Below, in pieces: positions 26,846 to 40,923 of a stretch of DNA of 64,000 nucleotides. The notes beneath the pieces are model-generated. The model saw nothing but the letters and a program-made list of their open reading frames with translations, did no database searches and had not been told where the DNA came from. Each line of letters starts with the position of its first letter. The stretch's first letter is position 1. The position numbers and the translations under genes were made by a program. The stretch comes from Chrysomallon squamiferum (Eukaryota; Animalia; Mollusca): positions 18,972,001 to 19,036,000 of the forward strand of contig CM022670.1 of NCBI GenBank assembly GCA_012295275.1. The letters run 5' to 3'.

Positions 26846-29366
26846 TTTTTTTTATTTTAGAAAACAGAAATTGTTATTATTAATGGAATTTGTTCTGGTT
26901 ATTTAAAAAAAAAAATGTTAGTCCATGTATGTGTTTTTGTGTTCATGAATATGCAATTTATACATGCACAATATGAAGGTTATGTAAATGAAGGATACTT
27001 CACTGTATTTCAGATACATTGCCAACTTTCTTGTTCATGCTGTGATTTATGCATTAATAAGTATCATTAACAATATGTCAAAAAATAAACACCATTTTAT
27101 GCTACACTGGATGCATATAAGAAATTCCTATAAATAACTTTAAAAAACATTTTTTAACTTAGAGGTGGCTTTTTATTATAAAGCCTGGTTTGTTAGAATG
27201 ATGCTTCCAGAAAAAAGCCAACAATGATGTGAAGATGATTTTATCTATCTATTAATGGCTTTCTTTTATTTATTTGTTCAATGTTTTGCAAGCAGTTACA
27301 AACAAAACATACAGAATATGGACCACATACAAATTCACCCCAATCCTCTAGAGAAGCACTCTACTGATAACCACCGTATGCACATGTGATATAATAACCA
27401 TATTACCTTTCTCTTTAGGGAAATGAAATCATATGTGTCTATATAAGTTATGATACCTTAAGAACAAAAGCAAAATTATTAATTCATGAAGGCAAAAATA
27501 ATTATTTTTTGTAAGGCTGAAAGCAGTTGTTTCAATATTGCACAAGATGAGATCTGGTGCAGTACATTACTGTACTAGTATATATATATAGCTGTTTGTG
27601 AACACAGCTATATCTATGGTATTATGAAACAACAGGTTATTTTTGTGTAACTTGATATAAGTGAATAACAGACAAGGTAAGCTGTAGCTTGTTCAGTTAC
27701 ATTCAAGCAAGCAAACCCAAAGTACACACACACACACACACACACATATCTGCTTGTGTGTATATAAAATTTTAATGTTTTAATCTGATGTATATATTTA
27801 TATATGTATGCATATATGTATGTATATAAATAAGCAGGTTCTGCACTAGTGTGATTAGTTTAGTTCTATACAATAATTAAAAGCAACAAATAAAATAAAA
27901 TAAAAAAAAAAAAAAAACAGGCTGCTGAAAGCATACAATGAAAAGATCACTGTAACACATGTATTAAATATTAATAAGCTTGAAGCCATTATTAAATCTG
28001 ACATCGATAAGATTTTAATGCCAGAAGTTATACATGCCACTCTTAAAGCTTAGATTTGAAAGTCATAATAGTTTGGGCTTTGAGGATGACAGGTTTTATT
28101 TATTAAAACTAAGCTATGGTAATAAAAATAGGAAGACAAAACCAGCTGCAGGGAGTAGTATTTTAAATTGACACAAAGTTTGTTTTTAATTTACATTCAT
28201 CTTATATGGTTATACCGACCATGAAATCTTTTTAAAGATTTATGACAGACTTCTGAATTTAAAATGAAAAATAATTTTAAAAAATAATAAAACAATAAAT
28301 AAATAAATAAATTCTATAATTTCTTCTATAATTTGTTTGTTTAAAGAACCAGTCAATAAAACAAAAACATATTTTTTAAAAAGTAATAAAGGTTCATGTA
28401 AACTGTATTACACTGGCCAATAAAAAGCAAGTCTTTACATGAGAATAGACACAAAAGCAAGCACATAAACCATGGCTCTGTTAAAAAACCTGATCATGAT
28501 TTTTTTTGTATACAATTATGTTAAAATCCATGTGCACTTAATGTAGTTATACTATGTGTTAGACAAATGGTGCTTCTCTTAAATCTGTTTGACTACCCTC
28601 CAACTTCTCTCAGGATTATCTGCAGTAACTTTTGATGTATGTGCCTCTTGTCAAGAATGATCTCAATTAACAACAGCAACCAAATAGTGGTGAAAATGAT
28701 ATATTTTATTAAATAAAAAACAAATTCTCTTATTCTTTTCAAATATCAGTGAAAGTAAAACATCACAATTTTTTTTTTTTTTTCATGATGCCCATGTGCT
28801 GATAGGTGTGTTAATGAAAATGGTGCAGTTTCTGATGAAATCAGGAAAGCTGATTATCACAAGTTAATGAGCTTTCTAGAGTTGTTCAGTGAGACTCTGG
28901 ACTGTGTTTACTGAATGTGCACAGTAATTATAGAAAAAAAATTTCAAAATGCAAAAAAAAAATAACATGTATTACCATTACTTTGAAAACAGAATAAAAA
29001 TGTTCCATCACTCCCATCTTTGGCAGAACTTTGTCACAAAGGTATGGATAAAGAAATGTAAGCATGCTTACATTATAATTTATATCAATAAATTCACTGA
29101 TTTAATAATAATAATAAAAAAAATTAAAAATTAAAACTATCAATATCCTTTAAAAGAAAAATTACTATTTAAAATCTTTTTGTGGGTTAAGAAGTCTTTT
29201 AACAGTTAAAAAGATGAGCATTAATAATAATTAATAAAAAACCACAAAATAATGTGCTAAATATAACAGTCAATAAAACAAAAAGAAAAGAAAAGAAAAG
29301 AAAAAATAAGTGAAAGAAGAATAAATAAAAGTAGTATTCTACTGCACATACAGCATTAAAAAAAAA

Positions 29367-29398
<32 letters not shown>

Positions 29399-31904
29399 TA
29401 AAAAATTTCAGATTAAGAATCTGAAAAAAAAGAAAAAAGGATTTACAAACTTTTAAAAATAATTATCATTATAATTAGCTCAAATGAAAATATTTTAAAA
29501 ACTTTAAAAAATAATCTGCTTAAAAAATATAATTAATAACCAAAAAACCAACATCATGAAAATCAGTGGCACTGTGACACCAATGTTCCATACATTGCAT
29601 CAGAAAATCTTTATTTTGACATAATCAAAGCATCTTTAGTGTCACTTTCAGTCTATTTCCAATACAGCCACTTGAAATAGTTATGGCTGTGGGGATTTAG
29701 TGACATACATATACAGAATTTGGAGTTGGAATCAACAGCATCTTATATCAAATGCAGCAGTTTTGTCAAGTCCTGTTGAAATCTATTCCTTCATTAATAC
29801 ATCCATAGAAAGCAGTTCATGTAAGCAATGACAATCAGAAAAAAATAAAAATAAAAATAATAAAATCCCTAAGGAATGTACTTGATGATTGTGTAAAACA
29901 AAAACACAAAGTATTATAGTTTCTATGTCATTCAGTCATGGAAATTCTATACCATGTAATTCAGAAATGCAGAGTAAAACAAATACATTCTTAAATCACT
30001 TTAAAAAAAAAGAGTTTAATTATTCATTTATGATCACATTTCTTCAGCATATATATATATATATATATTTTAATTTTGTTTTTTGTTATTGTTGTTTTGT
30101 GTTTTAAGTCATAAGAATATCAAAATATCAGGCTACTTAATAATTTCTTTCCAAGTGAATAAATAATGACAAAGAGCTTAAAACTATATATACGTAACTC
30201 TAACAAGTATAGCTATTTTCAGGTGCTGGCAGATTTTTGCCAATTATTACAGCAGGAACATAATGTAATTGGCAATAGCTGCTTCCAGCTGCTGGAAAAC
30301 AGTTTCCATTTAAGTGCAGCATTGCTAATTCTGTGGTTAACAAATCCATCAAAAACAAAACAATATCCTTGCTATTTGAACCTGTTTTTCTCTGATAAAG
30401 TATCTGAGGCATGTTACATCTCAAAGACATAGCACTCACCTAAAAAGCTGTTGCCTGCAAAATCAATCTCCTAAAATATATCAAATGGGCAAGTTCTGTT
30501 CCAGTTATGATAAATGTTTCCCTGTTCAGAAAGAGCGCTTTTAAAATATCTCTTACTGGTAAGAATAGAAGTTAATGTGGCAGAAACAGGTATAGTCTCT
30601 CAAACTATCATTACAAAAAAATATTGACAGACAGATAACTTAACATATTAATATTTTATGTTGTTTTTTTTTTTTTTTTTTTTAAAGATTAAAAAATTCA
30701 TCAGATATCTGTGTAGTTTTAAATAAATAGTATTTCTTTAAAAAACAAACACACACTAAACCCCCTTGACAATCCATTGTTATATTTGTGTGTATATATA
30801 ATATAGTTTCCCATAAAGCTGTAAGCTGATATATAAACTATTTAAAAAACTAAAATATATGTAAGTTTCAAAATAATAGAGCAAGAACAACCTTCATAAA
30901 TTAAGAAACATTATTCTTTAAATGACAGTTAGATCAATAACCTTTGTTGTAATTGTACAAAGGAAAATTAATGAACATATTTAAAATACATCTGAAGTCA
31001 ATACAATACAGTATTAAATGAATTTTTAACTTCAGAAGAATCAGAAGAATTTTTGGACTAAAGCAGATTCTTACATAATAGCTGCTCTAATTTTATAAAG
31101 AAAACATAAGTGACATTATACAGAAGAAAAACCAAATTAAATATGACAATTACAGATTAAAATTATAGATTTTTGTTTATTTTTACCAGCATCAAAAATA
31201 AAAATAAAAAACATTTGACAATTTTGACAAGAGGCAGATGAATGATTATGCTTTTATAAGAACTTGTTTAATTTTTTTTTTATACTTGTGTACATAATCT
31301 TTTTTTTTTAAATGTTTGACAGATTTAGGTATCCATACTAATGCTACAAACATAATAAGGAAATGGATGAAATTTTTAATAATATATCATATAAAATGAA
31401 AGCCAAAAATATAACTAAAAAATGAAACACAAAAATATTAACTGATCTTTACTATCAAGTCATTTTGTGTTCTTTTAACATTTGTTAAATTTAGATGCAA
31501 AAATTATTCTACTCCCATCTACACCATATAGTAAAATGTTATATTTACAACAATAAAAATCAATACAGAGATAATAAACAACAGGTTTTACTTGGTGACA
31601 TTTTTACTTCCTGCCACCAATTTTCATGATAATAATTCTCTATTATCTTCTGAACAGAGTGACACACAATAAAAAATCCTGCAAAATGATATGACACCCT
31701 CAGTCTTTATTTGTATTATTGTAATGCAAATAATAAAAATTACTACCCTCATCTACTGGTTCATATGTCTACACATTTATACCTAGAAATAAAGCAACTG
31801 TCAAAAACCATTATCTTTTATTACTTGCATGTGTATCACATATTTTATTTTTTTATTTATTTAATTATTTTTTTTTACTTCTTTCTTTCTTTTTTTTATT
31901 TATT

Positions 31905-31936
<32 letters not shown>

Positions 31937-32686
31937 CTAACTTCCCAAAATAAGTGGCAATCTCTGCCAAAATTGCTTTCAGGTAATTCTTTACTAGTCG
32001 CCTTGTGTAACGAAGCAGCAACTGTGCTACTAACTATTAGTGCAGGGTTGAAGCTCTTTTCATAGATTATTTATAGTACACTTTTACCACATGAAGGAAA
32101 GAATACAAAATTCAATCTTTGGAACTCTTAATGTATTGACATGAAAATGCATATATATTTTTATACAAAAGGTTCTTCTGTGAAATATATCTGTCCTAGA
32201 CTGAAATTTAAGGCTTATTTTCTTTCATTTTTATTTATTTTTTATTTTTATTTTTGAGTCACTGAGGACAGCTCCATAAATAGTATGTAAACATATAAAT
32301 ATATATGTATACATATTTTTATATAGCTACAATCACTTAAAAAAAGTAATATCAACAAAACAAATCAAATATATAATGAAATCAAACATATGCATAGAAA
32401 CACACACAAGATATTGAAATTAAATTAACAACCCACTTTTCTATATATTTTTTTAACAGATAACCTAAAAAAGTAAATAAATAAAAATATACATCTCAAA
32501 AATTATTTACACATGTTTTCAACATCAAAATAAATCCATTTAGCAACATAATAAGTAATTATTTTAAAATTCATCTCAACATCTTGCATTCTGTATTTAA
32601 ACAACAAAAAATAAATATTACTGTAGCTGTTACTATGCAGAAACAGTATGAAATGCCTGTGGAGAAGCATTGAGAAATACAACTAT

Positions 32687-32726
<40 letters not shown>

Positions 32727-33187
32727 TCATTCATTCAGAACTAATTTTCATATCATATTTAATAGCCAGTTTCCAAATTGTTTTACCTGTGCCATTTCAA
32801 ATTATAGAAGATCACAATTAAAGAAAAGAAAATGTGCAAAATCACTCAGTTTGAGACTATGTAACATTAGAAAGGATCATGAATCAAAACTGGAACATTT
32901 TCCAACAGAATGAAGAGATCCAGTTGTCCCATACTTTCTATACGACATAAAATTATCTACTACCAATAACTATTTTCACACAATATAACTAACTGAAAGT
33001 AATATCTGTTCTAATGCACAAGTACAAGAAAACATTAATTCATTTAAGATTGAGTTTGTATGGTAATAAAATTTTCTCTCCAAAATAAGGAAACAAAGAC
33101 TGCTCATTTCATGTTTTAACTAAACTTTTTATTTAATTAATTTTTTATATTTTATTTAACAAACAAATAAAGCATTCTTTTTCAAAT

Positions 33188-33221
<34 letters not shown>

Positions 33222-33472
33222 TTTAATTTATTTTATTTATTAATTTTATCATACTTTATGAAACTAAGATGTGCAAGATATTCTCACTATTCTTATTGCA
33301 TACTTTGTGCCTGAATAAATTAAGTGCCTTAAATATAAGGTAGTGCCAAATAAATATATTTTAGTTTTATTTCTGCCACAGTGGTAGATCTTCTAGTTTG
33401 TTTGTGCTTATTAGCCAAATAATAACCAAATCACTAATCAGGTGGTTTTTTTTAAATATATTACTTACACAA

Positions 33473-33507
<35 letters not shown>

Positions 33508-35491
33508 TTTTTTTTTTCTTCATTCCATTAATAAATTTTATAATACAAATTTGAAGATTAAACAATACATATTTTCCCTGACCTGAAAAATGTTCTGATC
33601 TAATCTGAATGTTGTTCATAACTTGTCATTAAATACATGCATACACCAAATGTCCATTAAAACATATGTTAATATAAACTATTATACAAAGAGCATATCA
33701 ACAGCATATCAGAGGGAGGTCTCAAGATACTCTATATCATGTACAGTGTTTATATATCAGATGCATGCAATATTATACAAAATCTCACAATATTATGCAT
33801 AATATTATGCATAATGTCATGTAATATGTTGATTCTTGGTGGATTTTTCTTTCTAGTGAGTCACCCATACATACAAAAATGTCTAGATGTAACAATGGTA
33901 CTTACTGCTATGTAAATTATTTTTTTTTAAAGTTTGATTCTAATTTACTAGTGCATGAAATAAAACAGACAAAAACTGGACTGACAGTCTTAAAAACAAC
34001 TTTAAATATAATGAATGTTCATTTTTATTATATTTTTCAATATATATATATATATATACACATATATACACATACACACACACACACACATAAAGTTTAG
34101 TAGCTCTAATTCTGGCATTTTAAAATATAAAGATGTCATGGACATAAAACGCAAATGTAATAGTCTGTGTGACAGAAAGTATATATCAACTAAAATAATA
34201 TCACTAACCATTTTAACACGTTATTCAAATATAACAGTACAAAAAAATATATATGTATATTATATGACCCTGTTATTTTTGACTCAACATGTAGCTGACA
34301 AGAACTGATTCAGATGCTACATGAACCAAATAAAATGACACTGTTCATATCCATATCCAAATTTTATTACTAAAATTTTATATTAAATATTTCTCACACC
34401 TGGTTCCACCAGCACTACTTCCAGCAGATTCACACAAAGCTAATCAGTCATTTACCCAAAACTTTGTACTTCTCAACATGTGGCTATTTATTAACTGAAA
34501 ATCCACTCCAATAACACAGTCTTTCAATAACAATACATACTACAAATTAAAATTCTATTTATCTAGCTCAGACAGTACTTGTGTGTGCAGGTAAAATGTA
34601 ATTCTACACATTTATGCAGTGAATATAGAGGAATTGACCCCCACCCCACTTTAGTTTTCTTTTTTCTTTTAAAAAAAAACATTTGGAAATTCAAATAAAA
34701 TTTACAGGTGTTTATATACAGCTTTTGTACTTTAAATCTCAATCATCTCATACTTTAGGATAGAAAGAAAGAAACAATAAAAGTGGCTTTATGTTCAATA
34801 AGACATAAATCTAATAATCATTGACAAGCTGAGAAGTAATCCTCAGAAATTTTTGTTCTTAATGTTCTAACGCAAAATACAAATAAGAATACATTTTCTT
34901 TTCAAACTGACTGAATTTTATTATTTACAGGCAAATCAAAGGTGAAAATTTACAAAAAAAAAAAAAAAAAATGGATCAACTCTATTCACTAGCTTTCAGA
35001 CAAATGTTTCTGCCAGCAAAAGAAATATTCATTATTGCAGATAAATGTGATCTGAAAATTAATTGATTATAAACATAATGCTAAAAAAAAAAATATATAT
35101 ATATTTTTCACAAATTGTGTTCTATGTGTTTAAAAGCAAATTTTATAAGTGACACAGTAAAACAATTTTATCTTCCTGAGCACAAAAATAATATAATCTG
35201 AGGAAACAAGAGGCCCATGTGAAGGTTAATATAGTTTTAGTTATTCTAAAAAAATTAAAAATAAATTATTATATCTTAAGTAATCTACAAAAATGAATTG
35301 GTGGTTGGGGAAGAGAATGGATATTATTTATTTATTTTGTTTGTTTTTCTGTTAAAAATCACTATAAAATCTGAAAAATTATAAAATGCATAAAAATGTG
35401 TCATCAGAAAAAAAATTAATAGTCTGAATAAATTTAGGATACTCTGTAATACAAAATGAAAGAAATACATAAAAAGTGACTAACCAATATA

Positions 35492-35988
35492 CAGGGTATC
35501 CCAAAAGTAACCGAATCGCAAACTTAAATAAAATTAGATATTAAAAATAACAAATTTAATTCCATCTTTTATGTCATTTTATGTTATCTTTTGTACTATT
35601 CATTTACTTCTGTCAGTAGTATCGCAAACTTAAATAAAATTAGATATTAAAAATAACAAATTTAATTCCATCTTTTATGTCATTTTATGTTATCTTTTGT
35701 ACTATTCATTTACTTCTGTCAGTAGTAGTCTCTGGAATGATTTTTGTTACCTGAATATAGTGATCGAGACTTCTGTTTTAGTGCGCGCTACTGGATTCTC
35801 CATGGTTTGACTTGAAATGGTACCCGCACTCTTAAAAATGCAGCGAAGAACTTTAGATTTAAACGAACGTATCTTCGTTATTAAGAATCACTATGCAATG
35901 AACATTTGTAAATACTAAATATACAGATTAAATATTTAATATCTAATTTTATTTAAGTTTGCAGTTCGGTTACTTTTGGGACACCCTG
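35492..35988 (+). mobile_element. Non-autonomous Tc1/mariner-superfamily element (MITE / internal deletion derivative)
   Basis: ~54-bp TIRs CAGGGT(A/G)TCCCAAAAGTAACCGAA..GCAAACTTAAATAAAATTAGATATTAAA, TA on both sides, 106-bp internal tandem duplication, short transposase-like start at 35838. Confidence 0.92.
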
Positions 35989-36429
35989 TAGATACATAAA
36001 CACATATAATTATTCTCTCTCTCCCATTTTATTCTTGCAAGTATCCATATACAGTACTTTTTTGCAAATATATGTATTAGATTATATAAATTTATCAAAT
36101 ACAATTTTTTTGAAGGGGATGGATTTAGTAAATAAACATTTATCAGATCAAAAAGCATTTACCTTGGAGCTTTTAATCAGAAAAATGTTTTCTACCCTGC
36201 TGAAAATATACCCTGCTTATATATGTATATATAATTATGTGTCTGATAGTATTCTAATATAGGTCAGGCATAGTTAGATTTATTTAAACCCAGCCAGGTT
36301 TATGATATAAATAGTCAACATATATAGTTACTTTAATAATATGAAAGACAAATTTAAAACTACACCACATGATTGTTCAAATAATGTTTAAAAAATAAAG
36401 CAGTCGAGCTGAACAAAGTGATAAAATTT

Positions 36430-36465
<36 letters not shown>

Positions 36466-37711
36466 ATTAAATACAGCTAACAACACAAATCTTAAAAATG
36501 ACTATCAAAACACAATTTTGGTCTCACATATACTGGGATTTATATGGGTTTTTTCCAAAGGAAGGCCACTCACATAAATTTAATGTTGCATTTTTGTATG
36601 CAAAATATTTATTCCAAAATCAAATGCAATATAATTAATATTAACTGTTTTTATATTTTTCTTAGTTACAAGCTTTCTTTTAACCTCAACAGACCTGCCA
36701 CATTTTTAACATTAACCAACTGGCTTTCCAAATTAATTATATGTCTCTTTTAAAAAGGTCCTAGGTGATCAATTTAAAAAATTTGAGTCTATTTCATAAA
36801 ACTAATTTTGAGAAGCTTACTTAAACTCTCATGCAAAGAACATCAGTCTGCAGCAGTGATGCACACTGGAAAAATATTATAACTTTTTTTTTTCTTTTCA
36901 TTATTTTAAGTATCTTATCAATAAACAATATATGATGATGTTATTTTATATAATCAAATTTTCTAAGAAACTGATAATAGCATTTTGCCTTCAAAAGGCA
37001 ACAGCATTCTGTTTTTTCACTGGATATAAATAAATGTTGATTCATAAAACTGAACAATTACTTGTACAAAAAGGTGTATTTGAAATGATTTATCTTGCTT
37101 GAAACATGTTTGAAGTGCATGTAACATGCTAAAGGTTTTCCCAAAGGTTCACTATAAGTGCCAGTGTTACCCAACTAACATAAAAATGACAAACACTAGC
37201 TAACCAGCATGAGTAATGGCTGCCATTTGTTTTTTCTTTTGTAACAACATGGCTATTATTACAGGGTTATCCTGTGTGTGCCTCTGTTGGTACACATTTA
37301 TACATTTTCACCTGCTGATTTATGAGTTTAGCAAATACAAATATGCACTCAAGTATAATAAAAGTATACCTATAAAAGAATATCAAAGCTCTAATAATTT
37401 CAGAGCATTACATTTTTTATCATTAATAGGAATTTTACTTTTTAATATCCTGTCAAATGCTGCATTGATTAAAACAAGGTTTAGAAAGCAATTCCATCCT
37501 TTTTGATTTTTTTTAATGTTAAATGTTACATAGCCTTGTTTAGTTTTGTATACATTTATATAAGTAGTAATAGTAGGGATTAACATTACATTAAACTCAA
37601 ACCAAAACTCCAACTTTAATAAAATAATAATATAAATTTTGTGCAATGAAATCTTTTCTAATAACTGGATTAATCTGTTTGAAATCCAATAACTAGCCTA
37701 TAAAGAAAACA

Positions 37712-37749
<38 letters not shown>

Positions 37750-39446
37750 TACATTTTTAATATCTCATTCTACTTGGTATGTACATTAAAGATATATCAT
37801 TTTTTTAAATATAATAATTACACAGTTTAATAGTATAAAATGGAGAGAATTTATAACTTCAAAGGAATTAATTTGTAATGAAAACATATGTGACACAGAA
37901 GATGCTTTTTTCTAGATTAACTGTATCCTTTTGTTTTACTAGTTGTTAATAATACAAATATTTATTTACAACCTATTAATTAAATATTTTTGGAAATACT
38001 GAGTTTGCTTTTTCCACAAGCAGAATTAAAAACAATATAAGAGATATTTCAAGACCTTGTTAATAATTATAGATACTACTTATATGTATATACACTGTCA
38101 AAGTTGTTTGTGGCATCGTCTAATCATGCTGCTGCCTATTATTATATTAACGTCTAATATTTATAAAAAATATATTTAAAAAAACCATTTCTCAGGTAAA
38201 AGAACCATCTGTTTCACTGTTAGCATATTCACTGCCATGTATATCTGAAAACACACTTCTTAACTAGTTACACATTTTCATCTATAAAATTCTAACATAT
38301 CCTGCTGCATGGCGAGCATGGCATTAACTCCAACACACTTTAACAAAATAATAATAAAGAACTTTAAGATTGTTAAATTCTAATGAAGCTAGTACAGAAC
38401 ATTAATGATGTCAGAAAAAAAACATCAGTCTTTATGGGTTCTCATTCTGGTTATTTTTTATCTATATTATTTAACAAGTATCCATTTCTCTCTTAAATCA
38501 TCATTATACAACTGATATTTAATATTAATTTTTTTTTATGTCAAAAACATATTTTCATTCTGTAGAATAAAGAATCATTAAAGAAAAGCAACTGAATAAA
38601 AATAAATAACTAGATTAAGAAATATAAAGTTAATAATAATGCTAGTAAACCCTTTCGTGCTTATAAAAATATTAATACAACTATTTTATTTGTAATAATA
38701 TAAAATTATAATAAATATTTAGTAATTAAAAATTATATTGTAGAAGAACTCTACAAGAAATATATAATTTAAAATTAATTAACTGTCCTTCATATCCACG
38801 TAGAAACCCTAAATATGATGATATAAGGGGTGTTCTGTTGTATTCAGAACTAAGTAAGTGAAAACTGTACTGTTTTTAAAATCACAGATTACATTTATAT
38901 TGTGGTTTTTTACATTCAGCAGACAGAATTTCTGATTATCAACAGAAAATAACTTTCAGCTTTTGTCTGCCAAACATTTAATAGCACTGTATTTTTGAGT
39001 TTATTAAAACTGACATATAATAATTTTATCTTGCTTTTAATGTTTCTTAAATGTTTCTACACAATCCAAGTATTCTGACAAACAAAACATTATGGATAAC
39101 TTGATTTAGAACAATAGCATGTATTTTAAAATATTTATCACTGCAATCAAATTCTAAGAATTCTTTGATGAAGGAGAAAAAACTGGGTTGAATGCAAAAG
39201 ACATCACCTACTGAATATAAATATCAAGATGTCAAAGTTTCAGTGTTACATTCCCAGTATCACAAGATTTCAAATCTGTACCATTAAGAGGTAGGTATGT
39301 ACAATGGTCTTTTTGCATTTATAAATATACATTATTTGAAAGTTGTCAAAATAATTTGAGTTCATCTTTAAGTCTAGAACTTGTCATTTCTGTTCATTAG
39401 TCATCATTTCAAAGACGTTAATAATTATAATAATAATAGAAATTAC

Positions 39447-40923
39447 CTTCTACGTCATCCCCTAGGGTTACTTCATATTCATCATGCAAAAACTGGTATG
39501 TGGGATCAGAGATATGTACCATTCCAGGTTTTCCAGTGGATTCCATTATGTTAGCCAGAGTGACATCATTAGACCAGACGTCAAATTTGAACCGCCTTGT
39601 GCCTACAATTCCACAAAGTACTGTCCCTGTGTGAACACCAACACGCATATTCACTGATTCATTATTCTCATAATCAAACTCTTTGATGGCCTTGATCATG
39701 CCCAACCCCATTTCCACACAGCATTTTGCATGGTCTTCTCTTTGCTCTGGACAACCACAGACACAGTAGTAGCAGTCTCCCAGTGTACTGATCTTTTCAC
39801 ATCCTGACAAGGTACACAGTTTGTCAAATCTTCCAAATAAATCATTAAGGAGGCCTACTAAATGTTCTGCTGTTTTGTTAGAACTCATCTTTGTGAAGCC
39901 AACAATGTCTGCAAACAGAATGCTCACATTGCTCATTTTGTTCATGTTGAAAGGTCTAAATATAATCTCTCCCTTGGCTCTCTTGCCCTTACGTTTTTTC
40001 CTGCCATCTGCTAATTCATCATTGTTTTCGTCCTTATCTTCTCGGGTCCGCATGACATCAGCTGCAACAGACGGTGGCATCAAAGAGTGGATCATTTTTT
40101 CTTTTAGCTGTTTTTCCACCTGAAGGTCTCTCCTGGCAATTGCAGACTGACCAATCTTCCAAAATGTACTTCTTCTTCTGACCTGAGACATTGTAAAGAC
40201 ATGGATACCAATCAAATGGATGCATAGGTGCAGCAAAACCTTTGCAACAATAACATAATATGTATTTAAGTCTACATCTTTCAATGTTTGGATATGAAGA
40301 ATAACCTCATACACAATTGAAAATGCTAATCCACTTATCACTGCAGCAAACAAAGGCATTGGAACAAAAGTATAAATCAAAATTAAAATTTCAACTGTTC
40401 CTGCAAATGTTGCTATAGTTGATAGTTTAGCATTTGTAAATGCAAATGATCCTAATATCATACCTGTAAGAACTACTATAAACACTACAGATGTTGCAAG
40501 GTAGAATTTTTCATAAAAGGGTGTCTTTGTAAACCCAATTATCACAAGTGTTACCACTAATAAAACTCCAGTTCCAGAAGTATAATATTCCCAGTAGACG
40601 CTTTGTATGCAAGAGAAAAATATTATCCATGCTATGCAAGCAATGGCAATGTAAGCCAAAGTGTACTGAAAACGTCTTCTGGTCTGAGGAAAATAACTTT
40701 TCCATAACTGATCTTCCAAGATCTTGGAATCAAACTTTGGGTCCCACCAACTTTTCGACGCACGCTCGAAGAGTACGGGACATTTTCGGGATGATTCATT
40801 TTCAGGTTTGAAAGCAACTTTAGCAGAGCAATTAAGCAACTCAACATCTGCAGATTCGGTGTCCTTTGAGGCATTAAATCGGACCGCACTGTTGTGAGTG
40901 TGTGTATCTTCTGTGTTCGCCAT
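39447..40923 (-). CDS. ADCY9: Adenylate cyclase type 9, first coding exon (N-terminus, M1 six-TM cluster, C1a catalytic domain)
   Basis: Motifs characteristic of AC9: LFERASKSWWDPKFDS, MIHSLMP, SILFADIVGFTKMS, EKISTLGDCYYCV (both metal-binding Asp), VNMRVGVHTGTVLCG, FKFDVWSNDV. Start context caagATGGCG. Donor GAAG|GTAATT at 39447/39446 (phase 1); the NFYYYYNY tail in the ORF track is intron. Confidence 0.97.

Larger units (their letters stand above)
11629..39446 (-). other. 27.8-kb first coding intron of ADCY9
   Basis: GT..AG ends joining phase-compatible exons; no convincing coding exon seen inside. Confidence 0.8.

Noticed and set aside
30166-30439. ORFs on both strands with a plus-strand ttttcag acceptor
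   Set aside because: No partner exons or convincing donor; more likely a non-coding element.
39821-40811. Antisense and alternate-frame ORFs within ADCY9 exon 1
   Set aside because: Shadows of the real coding frame.
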